From positions 19,605,546-19,669,545 of the forward strand of contig CM119267.1 in NCBI GenBank assembly GCA_051294375.1: a DNA stretch of 64,000 bases, in the 5' to 3' direction. Of this stretch, positions 1 through 13,504 are shown in pieces (position 1 is the stretch's first letter; each line of letters starts with the position of its first letter). The notes under the pieces were generated by a model, which searched no databases, was not told the DNA's origin, and saw only the letters and a program-made list of their open reading frames with translations. The DNA is from Paraspadella gotoi. Its lineage: Eukaryota > Animalia > Chaetognatha. The translations under genes and the position numbers were made by a program.

Positions 1-330
1 AAGAGAGAGAGAGACATTGTTCACTTTCGCCGAATCCCTCCGTTGGGAAAAAGGAAAGGCCCGAATAAGGAGCAAAAAAAAATGGGGGGGAAAAAGTTTA
101 TTGGAGTGAGAAGTCGATGATAGGAACGAGGTGAGTTACATCGCGACTGGGGTAAGGTTCGGGGTGACGGACCGAGAATGAAGCAACAGGGTAAGGATTA
201 GCAGTGGAGGATTTTAGGCAATTATCAAACATTAAATTAAGACGAAAAAAATGAATACTATTCGTGTCGAGTGGAGATTCTTAAGTATCGTAAGTATCCT
301 AAGTATCCTAAGTATCCTAAGTATCATAAG
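1..330. repeat. Segment directly repeated (degraded) at ~10561-10900, ending in ~5 copies of TAAGTATCC
   Basis: Shared motifs in the same order (gagacattgttc..., aagtttattggagtgagaagtcgatgatagg, ggattagcagtggagg, cgagtggagattc, then taagtatcc units). Confidence 0.85.
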
Positions 331-2149
331 TTTTCCTGAGAAGCCGGTAGAAGAGAGACGGGAACGAGAGAGAAGGCAGAAGCAGTAAAGAAGAGAAGAG
401 AAGAGGGCAGCAAAGGAGGGACCGAAGAAAGGGACAAGGACAGTCTTATAAGAATAGAACTCGAGCCTGCCCTTCGATGATGTCGCGTCTCCATAGGTAA
501 TAAACACGTTTATCTCGGTGCCGCAATCTGGACTACCAGATAGGACTTGGATAACCGGGCCGATGATAGACCGAATATGTGAGTGCGCAATGAAGTAAGC
601 CAATGGGAATTTGAGTGCGGAATGATAACCAAATGATCGATTCTTATGATTACCAAATGATTGATGTGGATAATAGACCAAAAGGTTGAATGCAATGATA
701 GTCATTCATATGTATGTGATGATAATCTTTGTTGATAAGAATGGACATAGTCATGTCATTGATGCGATGATAGTCATTCATTGAACTTCAATGAAAATTA
801 CTATCCAATCATGAAATAGAAACAAGAGGCATAATGCGTGTAATGAGTGAAGAGAGATTGAAAGAGAGTGAGCAAGAAAGTGAATAGAATCCACACGAAA
901 ATCTCGGATGTAATTTGGGATTTTGCATTGAGAAAGGAGAATCGCCGGAAGTATAATGGCGATAATTAAACAGGCTTTTTGGAAAAGGAAAGCGGTGGAG
1001 AAACTAACTCAATAGATGCCCACAAATTTGGTGGTGTTAAACAAAAACTGTGTAATCACGCAAGAGAATCGTAGCGCGCAGAGAGAGGACGGGGCGAGAG
1101 AGACGAAAGAGGGAAGGAAGACAAGGCACCGCGAGGAGAAAGAAGGAGCCAATTAGTCGGCCTGGCGACAGAAGCAGCTGACAGGACAGTTCCCACCTGG
1201 CAAGGAGCGCTTGGTTGGAAACGCGGCCTTGCTTTTGAGCACGGTTGGTAGAAAAGGCACAGGCGCTTCACAATTCTGTCGCTTCGAAAAGATAGGGCTT
1301 GGGTTTTACAAGACTAAACAATATGTTATTCCGGGGTCGCGCCCGCTGAAGAATTGTTAAGGGGGCTCATCATGACAGCAGAACGGAGAACAGTAATCCG
1401 ATTATTTTTGTTTAAATTTAAACAAAGCGTACGGTATCTGTGGTTAAATGAATTAAAAACGTTGTAGACTAAAAACTTAACCAACAAAAGGACAGTAATT
1501 CGAGCGAGCAAATTGGACAACTTGGATGACTTGTTTTGAGTTAAACGTTAGATAATTAAAACATCGTTCCAGCCCTATCTCATCAGTCTCCATGTCTAAT
1601 TTTTTTTGTTAATTGATCGGCTGGCTTCTGTATATGAATTTTTTAACGTTTGTTCCAACTGTAAAAACAATTTGTTTTCTCTGACATCGTAAGTTTTTGC
1701 ATTAATTTAAAAAATCTTTGGGAGTATTTATAACATCTAATGTTGCATAATTGGAGGTATCTTGGACGGATATTTTTAAGAAATGGAAAAAATAAAAAAA
1801 ATATTTTAGGAAACTTACATATTATAGAGATGAAATATTAATTAAGATAGGGCAATCTAGGTACATTAAAGGAACCATAATAGACAACAATTGACAGATA
1901 CTGGGGAAAGCAAGAGGAGGGATGAAGTGGATATACTGCAATTACTTTTCTTATAGCATTCAAACAGAGGTTCCAGGCATACGACAGCTTTGTGTGCTAA
2001 TGGATAGGGGGAAGGAAGATCGAGAAGGAAAGAGCAAAAAAGTTATTGGGGTGGAGTGAAGTGGTGAGCGGCCCTGTTGTGCGCTATAAATGCACTGATA
2101 AGGATTTAAGGGTAATACAATGCGACGGCACACTTCCTGCCCTTTGTGT

Positions 2150-5100
2150 CCCCACCTTACGTATGGCTTCAATAGTGTAGTGGTTAAATTCGAGGGTGGT
2201 TGCGAGGCGTGTACATGGAAATTTTCTGCTGTCCACCGCCTTACTATGGCTTCATAGTTGCTAGTGGTTTACAGGTGGGTAGCCCCGGAGGGCTGTAGAA
2301 ATTTTCTGACCTGTACACTGTACTGTATGGCGTTTACAACTGAAGTGTATGTGGTTACATGAGATGTGGGGCTGAAGCCGGAGGCGCTGTGATGATATGT
2401 TTTCTGCCATGTCCAGCCTTAACTATGGGGCTTCAATAGGGTGGTAGTGTGTTCATTACAGGTGGGTAAGCGAGGAGGCTCACGTATGGAAATTTTCTGT
2501 GTCCCGCTTGACCTGCTGCACATGGCTTCTAGTGTATTGGTTAGCAGGGGTGTAGTCGAGCTGTAATGTAAATTTTCTGCTGGTCACTCTATGGTTATTG
2601 CTTGACTAATGTGCTTGTATAGGTGAGTATGTTAGGTGTACAGAGTGGGCCCTGAGCGAGGCTTGTTGGTAATGATATTTTTTCTTGCTGTCCACCTTAC
2701 TCATTGTCGGTGCTGTCGATTGAGTGTATAGTGGTTACAGGTGGGGTAGCGAGGCTGCTATGAAATTTTCTGGCTGAGTCCAGGTCGCGTGTACTATGGC
2801 GCTTCATAGTGTTATGGTAGGTTGACAGAGGTGGGGTAGCGAGGCTGTATGAATTTTCTGCGCTGGTCCACGTTACTGATGGGGCTATCATAGTGTAGAA
2901 TAGTGGTCACAGGGTGGGTAGCAGAGGCTTGTATGAAATTTTTTCTGCGCTGTCCGACCGCGCTTACTATGACTGGTCATAGTGCTAGTGGAGTTACTAG
3001 GTGGGTGTAGCAGGCTAGTATGAAATTTTTTTCTGCTTCCCACCTTATCATGGCGCGCATTCATAATTAGATGGTAGTGGTTAAGTGGGTAGCGAGGCTG
3101 TAGTGAAGATTTTGCTGCTGTCGCCACACTTACTATGGTTCGATAGTGTAAGGTGGGTTACAGGATGGGTTAGCGAAGGGTTTGCCTTCTGTGTTTTTCT
3201 TATTTCCTGGTATGAAATTTTTCTGCTGTCCACCTTACTATGGCTTCATAGTGTAAGTGGTTAGCAGGTGGGCTAGCGAGGGCCTGTAATGAAATTTTCT
3301 GCTGTCCACCTTACTACTGGCTATACGTCGAATAGTGTAGCTGGTGTCAGAGTTGGGGGTGCGAGGCTGTATGGAAATTTTCTGCTGTCGCACTTAGCTC
3401 GATGGGCGTTTCATAGTGTAGTGGTTACAGGGTTGGCGTATTAGCGATGGGCTAAGGTATGGATGTTTCTCGAATGTTCCACCTTAGCTGCATGGGCTTC
3501 ACTAGTGTAAGCTGGGTGTACAGGTTGGCGGTAGCGAGGCGCTGTAAAGTGAAATTTTCTGCTGTTCCACCTTACTGATGGGGCTTCCAAGTAGTGTGGC
3601 ATCACCCGTGTGTTTAACCAATAAGGGTAGGACTAGTTTCCACCGAACCCTGGTTACATCGGAGGGCTTCCGAGTTTTAGGAGAGAATTTTATTCACGGG
3701 TTTCAGAGCACAGATGGCAACGGCATTCTTTCCTCTGGGACTACTATGTCGCTCATATCCATCGGTTAGATTGGCTGGTAACCACGAAAGAATTGGCGGG
3801 CGTGGGTAGGCTTTCGGACGGTTCTTGTCCGGGGTTCAAAAGCGGAGTCACCTGAAGAGTATTTCTGGTCGCGGCTCAGCGGTCCTTCAATTCTCGGGCC
3901 CACCTTAACTGATGGCTTCAGTAGTGTATGTGGTTTACAGGTGGAGTGCGAGGCTGTATGTAAATTTTTCTGCTGTCTCCTACCCTTTACTGATGAGGCT
4001 TCACATAGTGTATGTGGTTTTACAGGTGGGCGTAGCCGAGGCTCGTGACTTGATTTTCTGGCTGTCCACCTTACTATGGGCTATCAGTGGGTGTAGGTTA
4101 CAGGTGGGCTAGCGGGCTAGGTATGGGAACTGAGGAGAACAAGATAAAATTTTTTTCTGCTGGTCCACATTGAAATAAAGCGATTTGAAACACAATGTAT
4201 TCCATATTTGGGCTTCATAAGATTGTACTTTGTGCGATTTTCTACGGTTTACCAGGTGGGGTCATGTTCAGACGTGGAGCTTATATGAAAAGTTGGGTTA
4301 TCCGGCCTGAGGGTCGATCTGTCATACGAGGAAAATAAAAGTGAAAGAGTCCTTAGGATTGGGAAAGCTAGCACCGATTTCCTGGTGGTATAACTAATGG
4401 CTTCAGTAGTGTAGTGGTTACAGCGTGGCGTAATATTTTCGTTATTGGCTATGTGAGAGCTAGAGACGTTAAAGGGAGGGGACATATAATGTATTTCGCG
4501 TAGATTCAATACAGGATCTGTCCAGGAACCACTGGGATAATTTATAATATAGGACCTGTTTTCTCAAGATCGATACGGATAGGCGCCACCAACGGCCCAT
4601 TCGCTCTCCTTCCCATCAGCTGTTAATGAGGGAGTTCGGCCGCTCGGTTTATCCTTAGAGGGCGGGGGCCTGGTAAGGCGGAGAGAGCGCCGGCACGTGG
4701 AGGGTAAGGGCTAGGGAACCGAATTAACCCTTTCTCGCTCGTACCTGGCTGTCCCGGCTTGACCGCAGCCTCTTTGACTGCCTCGAACCGGAGGAGGAAT
4801 CTGGGACGGATCAACTACGCTCGCTCACGTGTGGGTCTCGGTAATCGGCGAAGGAGGTCGGTAGTGTGTCTCCTGGCTGGCTGCTGTAAGCGAGGCTTGT
4901 AGCGAATTTTTCTGCTGTCGGGGCGCACGCGCGGTTCACTGGATGGCTGGTCAGAGGTGTAGTGCGGTTTCACAGTGGTGGGATGATTAGTGGAGTAGCA
5001 AGGAGATCAGGCTGTATGAAACTTCGGGTGTCGTGACGGAGGAGCTTTTTTCTGTCTCTTTTTCAATATCCCTTTTCCCTTTGGACTGAAAGGAGGAGGA

Positions 5101-8100
5101 GAGGACTTTAGCTAGAAGAGAGAGACGATAGGAGAGAGGAGAGGAGGAGGGAGAGACCTTTCATAGATGTGGAAGAAGATGAGAGGTAGAGGTTAACACA
5201 GCAAGAGGGGGTGAGGGCGAGGGGGAACACCTGCATCAGTGAAAAAAAATATTCTGGTGCTCGTCCAACACCTTGACTATGGAGCTTCATAAAGTGTAAG
5301 CGTGGGTTACAAGTGTGGGTAAGGGAGGCTGTATTGAAATTTTTCTGCTGTACCACCGTTACTATGGGCTTTTCATAGTGTGAGGTCACTGGTTACAGGT
5401 GGGCGTAAGCCGGGGCTGGTATGAATTTTTCTGCTGTCCACCTTACTATGGCTTCCATAGTGTAGTGGTTACAGGTGGGTAGCGAGGCTGTAGTGAAATT
5501 TCTATGCTGAGTCCGCACCTGTTACTATCGGCTTCAGTAGTGTAAGGTGGTTTTACAGGTGGGTCACACCGGGAGGGCTGTATGAAATATTTTCTTGCTG
5601 GTCCACCTTAACTATGAGCATTCATAGTGTAGTGGTTACACGGTGGGTAGCGAGGCTTGTAATGGAAATTCTTTCTGGGCGTCCACCTTACTATGGCTTC
5701 TCGTGTAGTGGTTACAGTGGGTAGCGAGCTGTAATGAATTTTCTGCTGTCACTTACTTGGCCTTCAATAGTGTGAGTGGTTACAGGTGGTGTTCTAGCCG
5801 AGAAGGCTGTAATGAAAAGGGATTTTCTGCCTCGTCCCCTTACATAAATAGCTTCATCAGTGTCACGTGGTGTACACCACTGGGTGCGAGGCTAGTAGTG
5901 ATTTTTTCTGCCTGTCACAGCCGCTTACTGATGGAGGGCTTATCATAGTGGTAGCTGGTTGAACACGGTGGGTAAGCGAGGGCTGTAATAGAAATTTTAT
6001 GACGGGTTCACAAACGGCTTATAAACTAGGATGGCCTTCAATGAGGTGTATTGTGGTTACCAGATGGGTAGCGAGGCTGTATGAATTTATCGCTGTCCAC
6101 CTTACTATGGCTTCATAGTGTAGTGGTTACAGGTGGGTAGGCAGAAGGGGCTGTAATGAAAGGGTTTTTCTGGCTAGTCACAACCTTACCTAATGGCTTC
6201 GGATAGAGTGTAGTGGTTACAAAGGCGGGGGGGCTGAAGCAGAAGGCTAGTAGTGAAATATTCTGCTGAAACCACCTTACTATGGCTTCATAGTCGTAGT
6301 TGGTTACAAGAGTGAGCGTAGACGAGGGGCGGTGAGAGATTTTTCTGCTGTCTCATCCTTACTAATGGCTTCATAGTGTAGTGGTTTAACAGGTGGGTAG
6401 CGAGCTGTATCGAAATTCTTCTCGCTGTCCACCTTAACTATGGCTGTCATAGTGTAGTGGTTACCAGGTGGGTAGGCAGAGGCTGTATGAGAATTTGTCT
6501 GCTGTCCACGCTTACTGATGGCTTCAATATGCGTGTCAAGTGGTTACAGGGTGGGAGCGAGGCTGTGGAATTTTCTGCTGTCCACCTTCTATGGCTTCAA
6601 TAGTGTAGTGGTTACAGGTGGTAGCGACGGGCGTATGACAATTTTCTGCTGTCAACTTACCTATGGCTTCATAGTGATACGTGGTTACAGGTATGGGGCG
6701 TAGCGAGGCTGTAATGAAATTTCTGCTGTCGTTCACCTTACATATGGCTTCAATTAGTGTCAAGTGGTTACACGTGGGGCTAGCGGAGGCTGTATGAAAT
6801 TTTTCTGCTGTCGCACCCTTACTTATGGCTTCATAGTGTAGTTGGTTAGCAGGTGGGTAGCGGGCGTAATGAAATTTTCTGACTGTCCAGCCTTACTATG
6901 GCTTCATATGTAGTGGTTACAGCGTGGTGCGAGGGGCTGTAACTGAATTTTTCTTGCTGTCCACAGCTTAAAATATGGGCTTCAATAGTGTAGTTTTGGT
7001 TGAACCAGTTTTAGGGTGGGCGGGTAGCCGAGGCTGTAATGAAATTTTCTGCTGTCCACCTTACTATGTTGCTTCATGAGTGTAGTGGTTACAGGTTGGG
7101 TGCGAGCTGTATGAAATTTTTCTGCTGTCCCCATCTTCGCTATGCGACTTCATAGAGCTGTAGTGGTTACAAAGGTGGGAAAGCGAAGGGCGGCTATGAA
7201 ATTTTCTGCTGTCACACCTTACTATGGCCGTCTAAATAAGTGTAATGTAGGTTACAGGTGGGTTGCGACGGCTGGGTATGAAATAACTTCTATGGTCTGC
7301 TGTCACCACTTAACTTAGGACTATGGCTTCATAGTGTAGTGGGTTACAGGTGGGTAGCGGGAGGGCTGTATGAAATTTTCCTGCTGTCCACCTTACTATG
7401 GCTTCATAGTGTAGTGGTTTCACAGGTGGGCTACGCGAGCGCCTCGTATGAAATTTTCTTTTTCTGCTGTTCCACCATTACTATGGCTGTCATACGGTAG
7501 TAACGGTGGTACAGGGTGGTTTAGCGAGGCTGTAGTGGACAATCTCTTTCTGCTGTCCACCTTACTATGGCTTTTCATAGTGTAGTAGGTTACAAGTGTG
7601 GGTAGCGACCGCTTAGTATGAATTTTCTCTCTCCATTGGCTGTCCCACGCTTACTACTTGGCTTCCATAGTGTGTGGTTGACAGGTGTGGCGTAGCCTTC
7701 CCGAGGCCGTCGTATGAAATTTTACTGACTTGTCCACTACTAATGGTTTCATAGTGTACTATTGTCGGTTCAGGTGGGTAGCGCAAGGCTGTAATGGAAA
7801 ATTTTCTGCTGTCCACCTTACTATGGCTTCATAGTGTACTCGTTTCGCGTTATCTCAGGTGGGTCCACGCGTCAGGCTGTGAGTGCACATTTTCTAGCTG
7901 TGCCCACTTGGCGACGATAAGAGATATGGGCTATCGATAGTGTAGATGGGTAGGACGAAGGAGTATGGGGGTTAGGCCAGAGCCTAGGTATGAGGGAAAA
8001 TGTTTAGCGCTGATCCACATTTACTGAATGGGCTCTACATAGTGGTAGTCGGTCAGAGAGGTGGGTAGACGGGAGGCTGTAATAGGAAATTTTCAGTGCT

Positions 8101-9018
8101 GTCCTCCACTTATCTATGGCTTCATAGTGTAGGTGGTTACAGGTGGGTAAAGGTGCGAGGTCTTATGAAATTGGATTACTGGGAGCTTGGTCACAAGCAG
8201 AGAGACTACTAAAGGTGGACATGCTTCATAGTTTGCTGAGTAAAGTTCAGGTGGGTAAAGCGAGGTCTTGTATTGAAATTTCTCTGAGCTGTCACACAGC
8301 TTACATATGGGCTTCATAAGTGTTAGGTGGTTTTAACAGGTGGGGGGTAGCTGAGGCATGTATGGTGGAAATCGTTTTTCTGCTGTCCACCTTACTATGC
8401 TTCATATGTAGTGGTTTACAGGTGGGTTACGAGGCCTGTATGAAACTTTTCTGCTGTCCACCTTAATCTAAATGGCCTTTCATAGTGTAAGCTGGTTACA
8501 GGTGCCGGAACAGTAGTACGAGGCTGTATGAAAAATTTATTCTGCTGTCCACCTTTACTATGAGCTTCATGTGTTAAGTGAGTTTTACAGGTTGGGAAAA
8601 TAGAGCGAGGCTGTATGAAATTTTCTGGCTTGTCAAACCACCTTCTCTACCTGACCATGAGCTTTCCATAGTTACACGTGGGCGTTACAGGTGCGCAGCC
8701 TAAGCAACGAGGCGTATGAAAATTCCTCTCCTGCTGTCCCCCACCTTACTATGGCTCCTCACAATGTCATATTGTTGGTTATCACGCCGTGGGATACCGC
8801 GAAGCTGCTAACTGAAACTTCTGCTGTCCACCTTACGTATGGCTTCATAGTGTAGTGGTTACAGGTGAGCCTAGTCTGCACTGGTATAGGTATGAAGATT
8901 CTTCTGTCTTTCCCACCCTCTATATGGCTTTCACTCAAGTGTAGTGTTACAGGTATAGGGTAGGCCCCTGTATGAAATTTTACTACTGTCGCACCTTACT
9001 AACTAAGCTTCATAGTGG
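2150..9018. repeat. 70-bp tandem satellite array, heavily indel-degraded
   Basis: Consensus CCACCTTACTATGGCTTCATAGTGTAGTGGTTACAGGTGGGTAGCGAGGCTGTATGAAATTTTCTGCTGT recurs throughout (clean copies near 6097, 7040, 7388). Differences between units are mostly scattered insertions. Confidence 0.95.
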
Positions 9019-9034
9019 GTTCCCTCGATCCGCT

Positions 9035-9740
9035 GTGGGGGAGGAGAACGCAGGACGGACAAAGTAAAGAAAAATAATGGCGGGAAAAAGGGAAAGAAAA
9101 AAATCATTTTTCAATATTTTACGTCACGAAAAACAAAAGAAGAAAAAAGAAAGGTTTCTCTTCGAGTCCCTCGACGCCATTTATATTTCGCCTTAGCGTT
9201 GGCCTCCGCCCTCTGACCAGAATAGACTGCCAGTTTACGCCCAATTCCGGCGACCAGGCCACTCTTCAGCCCATTCCGCCTTTCACAGTCTAAACAGTAG
9301 AACGATAGGCTCTTGATCTATCCTCACCTTTTTTTCCCGAAACCGCCTCCTGACCCTTTTACCAGGACGCGCCCTTTTTCCCCTCCAGCTCCTTCCGCTT
9401 CGCCGATCTTTCCCTTCAGCGGATTCCCTCACTTCAAACTGCCCGCCCTTCCTCATCGCTTCAAATTTTTCGTCCCTTCCCCTTCCGTCCCCATCCACAA
9501 AACCAATTTGTTATTTAAGTTCGTTCGAGACGGCGAATGGGACCATTTAAAACTCTGGTATGTTTAATTGATATTTCCTAAGAGTGCATTATCACTAAAA
9601 AGTTTATTTACTTTGGTTTAAATCGTTGGATTAGCGTCCATCTTACGGCGTGCTTACTCGCCAATGACTTTAAAGACCTGCATTACTTACTCGTCTCCTT
9701 CCTCTACTCTCTCGTCTATTCCTCTTCCCTCTCTCCCTTC
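9035..9740 (-). repeat. Inverted, noisy copy of ~13400-14250
   Basis: 9313 ttgatctatcctcacctttttt... is the reverse complement of 13950-13972. ORFs 9313..9567(+) and 13721..13972(-) both begin MIYPHLF. Confidence 0.85.
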
Positions 9741-10855
9741 TACTCCGCTGTGTGCAAAGATTACATGGGGAGCAGGGGAGAAGAGAGAGAGAGAGCAGAG
9801 AGAGAGAGGAAGAGAGAGAGAGAGAAAGAGAGACGAGAGAGAGAGAGATGAGAGGATCTCTGGAGAGAGAGGGACGAGAGAGAGAATGAAGTGGCGATGG
9901 AGACGATGCTAGAAGAGAGATGAGAGAAGGAGAGAAAGAGAGAGCTAGAAAAATGGATTCTCGAAGCCATTTGCTACTTTTTTCTCGGTCGTTCGTCCCA
10001 CGTTCTACCCGTTCCCTTCCTCTATACTTTTTCGAGCTACTTAGTGATGGTTCTTTCCTTCTTTTTTCTTCTTCTCTCTTTGTTTCCTCGGATCTCGAGA
10101 GAAATGGCTTCAAATTTCCTATGCTCTCTCTCTCTCTCTCTCTACTCTCCTTCTCTCCTCTCTCTTCTCTCTCCTCTCTCTCTCTCTCTCCTCCTCATGT
10201 CATTCGCATCGCATTCGGGCGTAAAAGCAGACCAATTGTTACAACGAATGCCCGGACGTGGAGAATTTTTCAAAGTTTCCATACATTCATTGCTCTCTTT
10301 GCGACTCAAAAACATCCCACAACAAGAGAGAGAGCAGAGAGAGGAAGAGAGAGAGAGAAGGACGGAGAGAGATGAGAGAGGGAGAGAGAGAGAGAGAGAG
10401 AGCAGAAGGATGAGAGAGAAGAGAGAGAGAAAGATGACGAGAAGAAGAGAGAGAGAGAAAGAGGAGAGAGTGAGAGACAGAAGAAGAGAGAGAGGAGAGA
10501 GGAAAGAGAGATAAGAGAGAGAAAGAGAGATGAGATGCTAGAGAGATGCGAGAGAGAGAGGAAGAGAGAGAGACATTGTTCCACGTTTCGTCGAATCCCT
10601 CCGTTTGCCCGACAAAAAGGAAAGCGGCCGAATAAGGAGCAAAAAAAAAAAATGTGGGGTAGAAAAAGTTTATTGGAGTGAGAAGTCGATGATAGGACGA
10701 GGTGAGTTACATCGGCGACTGGGGTAAGGTTCGGGGGTTGATCGGTTCCGAGAAGTGAGCAACAGGGTAGTACGGATTAGCAGTGGAGGTTTTAGGCAAT
10801 TATCAAATATTAAATTGAGACGAAAAAAGATCTATTCGTTCGAGTGGAGATTCCA

Positions 10856-12170
10856 AAGTATCATAAGTATCCTAAGTTATCTAAGTAATCCTAAGTATCC
10901 TAAGTTATAGATCCTAAGTATTCTAATATAGTATCCTAAGTATGCTAAGTATGTCCTAAGTTATCCTAGCTATCATTAAGTATCAAAGTACCTATAAGTA
11001 TTCTAAGTATCCTAAGTATCCTAAGTATTCCTAAGCTATCAACAGTATCCTAAGTATCCTTAAGTATCCCTTAGTATCCTTCAAATATCCTAAGTATCCT
11101 AAGATATCCTAAGTTCTCCTAAGTATCCTAAGTATCCTAAGTATTCCTAGTATCCAAGTATCATAAGGTATTCCTAGTTCATAGTATTCATAAGTATCCT
11201 AAGTATCTAAGCTCATAATATCCAAAGTAATCTAAGTTTCCATAAAGTATTCTAAGTATCCTAAATTCCTAGTTCCTAAGGTATTCCTAACGTCTTCCTC
11301 CTAAGTATCCTAAGTATCCTAAGTTATCTAAGGTGATCATAAGTATTCCTAAGTATCCTAAGTATCAAGTCCTAAAGTATAAGTTCATAAGTATCCTAAG
11401 ATATCCTAAGTATTCCTAAGTATCCTAAGTATCTAAGTATCATAAGTATCTAAGTATCATAAGGTTATCCATAAGTATCCTAGTATCAAAGTACCTAAAG
11501 TATCCTAAGTATCATAAGTTCATATCCTAAGTATCCTAAGTATCTAGTTCACATAAGTATCACAAGTACTAAGTCATACCTAAGATCGCTAAGTATCCTA
11601 AGTTATCCTAAGTATCATGCTAAGTATCTAAGTATCCTAAGTTATCTAAAGTATCTAAGATATCCTAAGTATCCTTAAGTATCCATAAGTATCTCATAAT
11701 AGTATTCCTAAGTATTCATAGTATCCATAAGATTCCTAAGTATCATATACAGTATCCTAAGTACAGTACATAAGTTCCTAAGCTATCTAAGTGATCTAAG
11801 TATCATAAGTATCATCATAAGTATCCTAAGTATCCTAAGTATCCTAAGTATCATAAAGTATCCCTAAGTACCTAAGTATCCATAAGTTATCCTAAGTTTC
11901 CAAAGTATTCTAAGTATCCTAAGTTTCCTAAGCTATCCAAAGGTATCCTTAAGTAGTCCTAAGGTATCATCAATATCATAAGATCCTCAGTATCCTTAAG
12001 TATTCCTAAGTATCATAGTATCCTAAGTATATCATAAGTCTGTATCTACATAAGTGTATCCTAAGATATCCTAAGTATCCTAAAGTATCATAAGTACATA
12101 GATATCTAAGTATCCTAAGTATCCAGTACTAGTATCCTAAGATCTAAGTATCCTAAGTATTCCTAATATT
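10856..12170. repeat. 9-bp tandem repeat (TAAGTATCC)n, ~1.3 kb
   Basis: Continuous TAAGTATCC/TAAGTATCA units with indel noise, ending just before the N gap. Confidence 0.95.
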
Positions 12171-12225
12171 AGATCATATCGTAAGGAAAAAGACAATAAA
12201 ATTGTCAAACAAATTCTTGAGAATT

Positions 12226-12250
12226 NNNNNNNNNNNNNNNNNNNNNNNNN
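12226..12250. other. Assembly gap (N run)
   Basis: Run of Ns; sequence quality improves sharply to the right. Confidence 0.99.
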
Positions 12251-12764
12251 TCGATGCCAATTGCTTTGCTCCTTGTGTTCAAACGCCAGTCGCAAAACTT
12301 TATTACTTTATTTCATGAAGATTTAGCATTGTTTATTTTACATGAAAACGAAGGCCACGTTGTCCAATTAGCCAATTCGAATCCACTCGAATTTTTTTCT
12401 AATTTCAAAAAATTGATTCATCTCATTTCGTTCGCCATTTTTATCTCGACCAACTCCACCGTCGTATTTATTCCGATCACGGTCGCTCCTTCGCTCCGTG
12501 ACTTTCGAAATCGGCAATATTCCTTGAACGATTGGTCTTTCGAGACATCTGGTTCTATATCGTTATCGTCCAGGTTTTAGGGCTCTAAATTTTATTTTCA
12601 GGTTTGAACGCAAAGTTTGAGTTGGGGGGAAAAAGTTTTTTTTTATTTGGCCTTTTTTTTTATGGGATTGTTGGGTTTTAGGATTTTGAGTCTGAGACTC
12701 TCAGTGAGAGAATTCGTAGAAAAAAGTTAAATTTAAAGGTCAAGAGGGAAACGGAAAGTCGATT

Positions 12765-12766
12765 GA

Positions 12767-12858
<92 letters not shown>

Positions 12859-12860
12859 AA
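12765..12860. repeat. (GAAA)n microsatellite
   Basis: Perfect tetranucleotide run. Confidence 0.95.
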
Positions 12861-13327
12861 CTAAAAAAGAAAAAAACAACGAAATAACGAAAGAAACGAA
12901 CAAATAAAAAACAAACACTTTTTAAAACAAACATTCTATTACAAAAATACCTGAAACTGCAAGTACATATGAAAGCACTTTTAAGTAAGCGACGAAGCTT
13001 GTAAGCACGTCAGGCAAGCAACGCGGCTCGAGAAAGAAAAAAAAAAGAGAAGCACGTAAGCGAGAAACGGAGCATGAAAGCGGGCGAGGAATCTACGGAG
13101 CCGAAAGAAAGAGACTCCGAGCGGAATCGTCCGTTAGGGGGGGCGCACCCCTTACTCCCCCCACCCTCTTCCCCTTATTTCCACCCCCTTCTCTCTCTCC
13201 GTCGTGGTTTTCGAATGCCGAGGGCATAAATTGAAAGGGCAACCCTCCTTTTTTTTCCTGCTCGGTCCTCTCTCTCTCTCTCTCTCTCTCCGTCAGTCTC
13301 TCTCTCTCTCGATCTCTCTCTCTCCTC

Positions 13328-13371
<44 letters not shown>

Positions 13372-13415
13372 CACCGTGTGTGAAAGGATTAGGACGAAAT
13401 GGGGGGAGGAGGGGA

Positions 13416-13504
<89 letters not shown>

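Noticed and set aside
700-1500. Possible decayed Penelope/LINE reverse-transcriptase fragment on the minus strand (PNYIRD..SIHFL-like peptide)
   Set aside because: Only one weak motif in error-rich sequence; needs TBLASTN to support.
2150-9018. CRISPR-like array (palindromic repeat with occasional unique inserts)
   Set aside because: Units are head-to-tail with no regular spacers, the inserts look like read noise, the context is eukaryotic and there are no cas genes.
2150-9018. Hammerhead ribozyme in the 70-bp satellite
   Set aside because: No CUGANGA...GAAA core with correct stems on either strand of the consensus.
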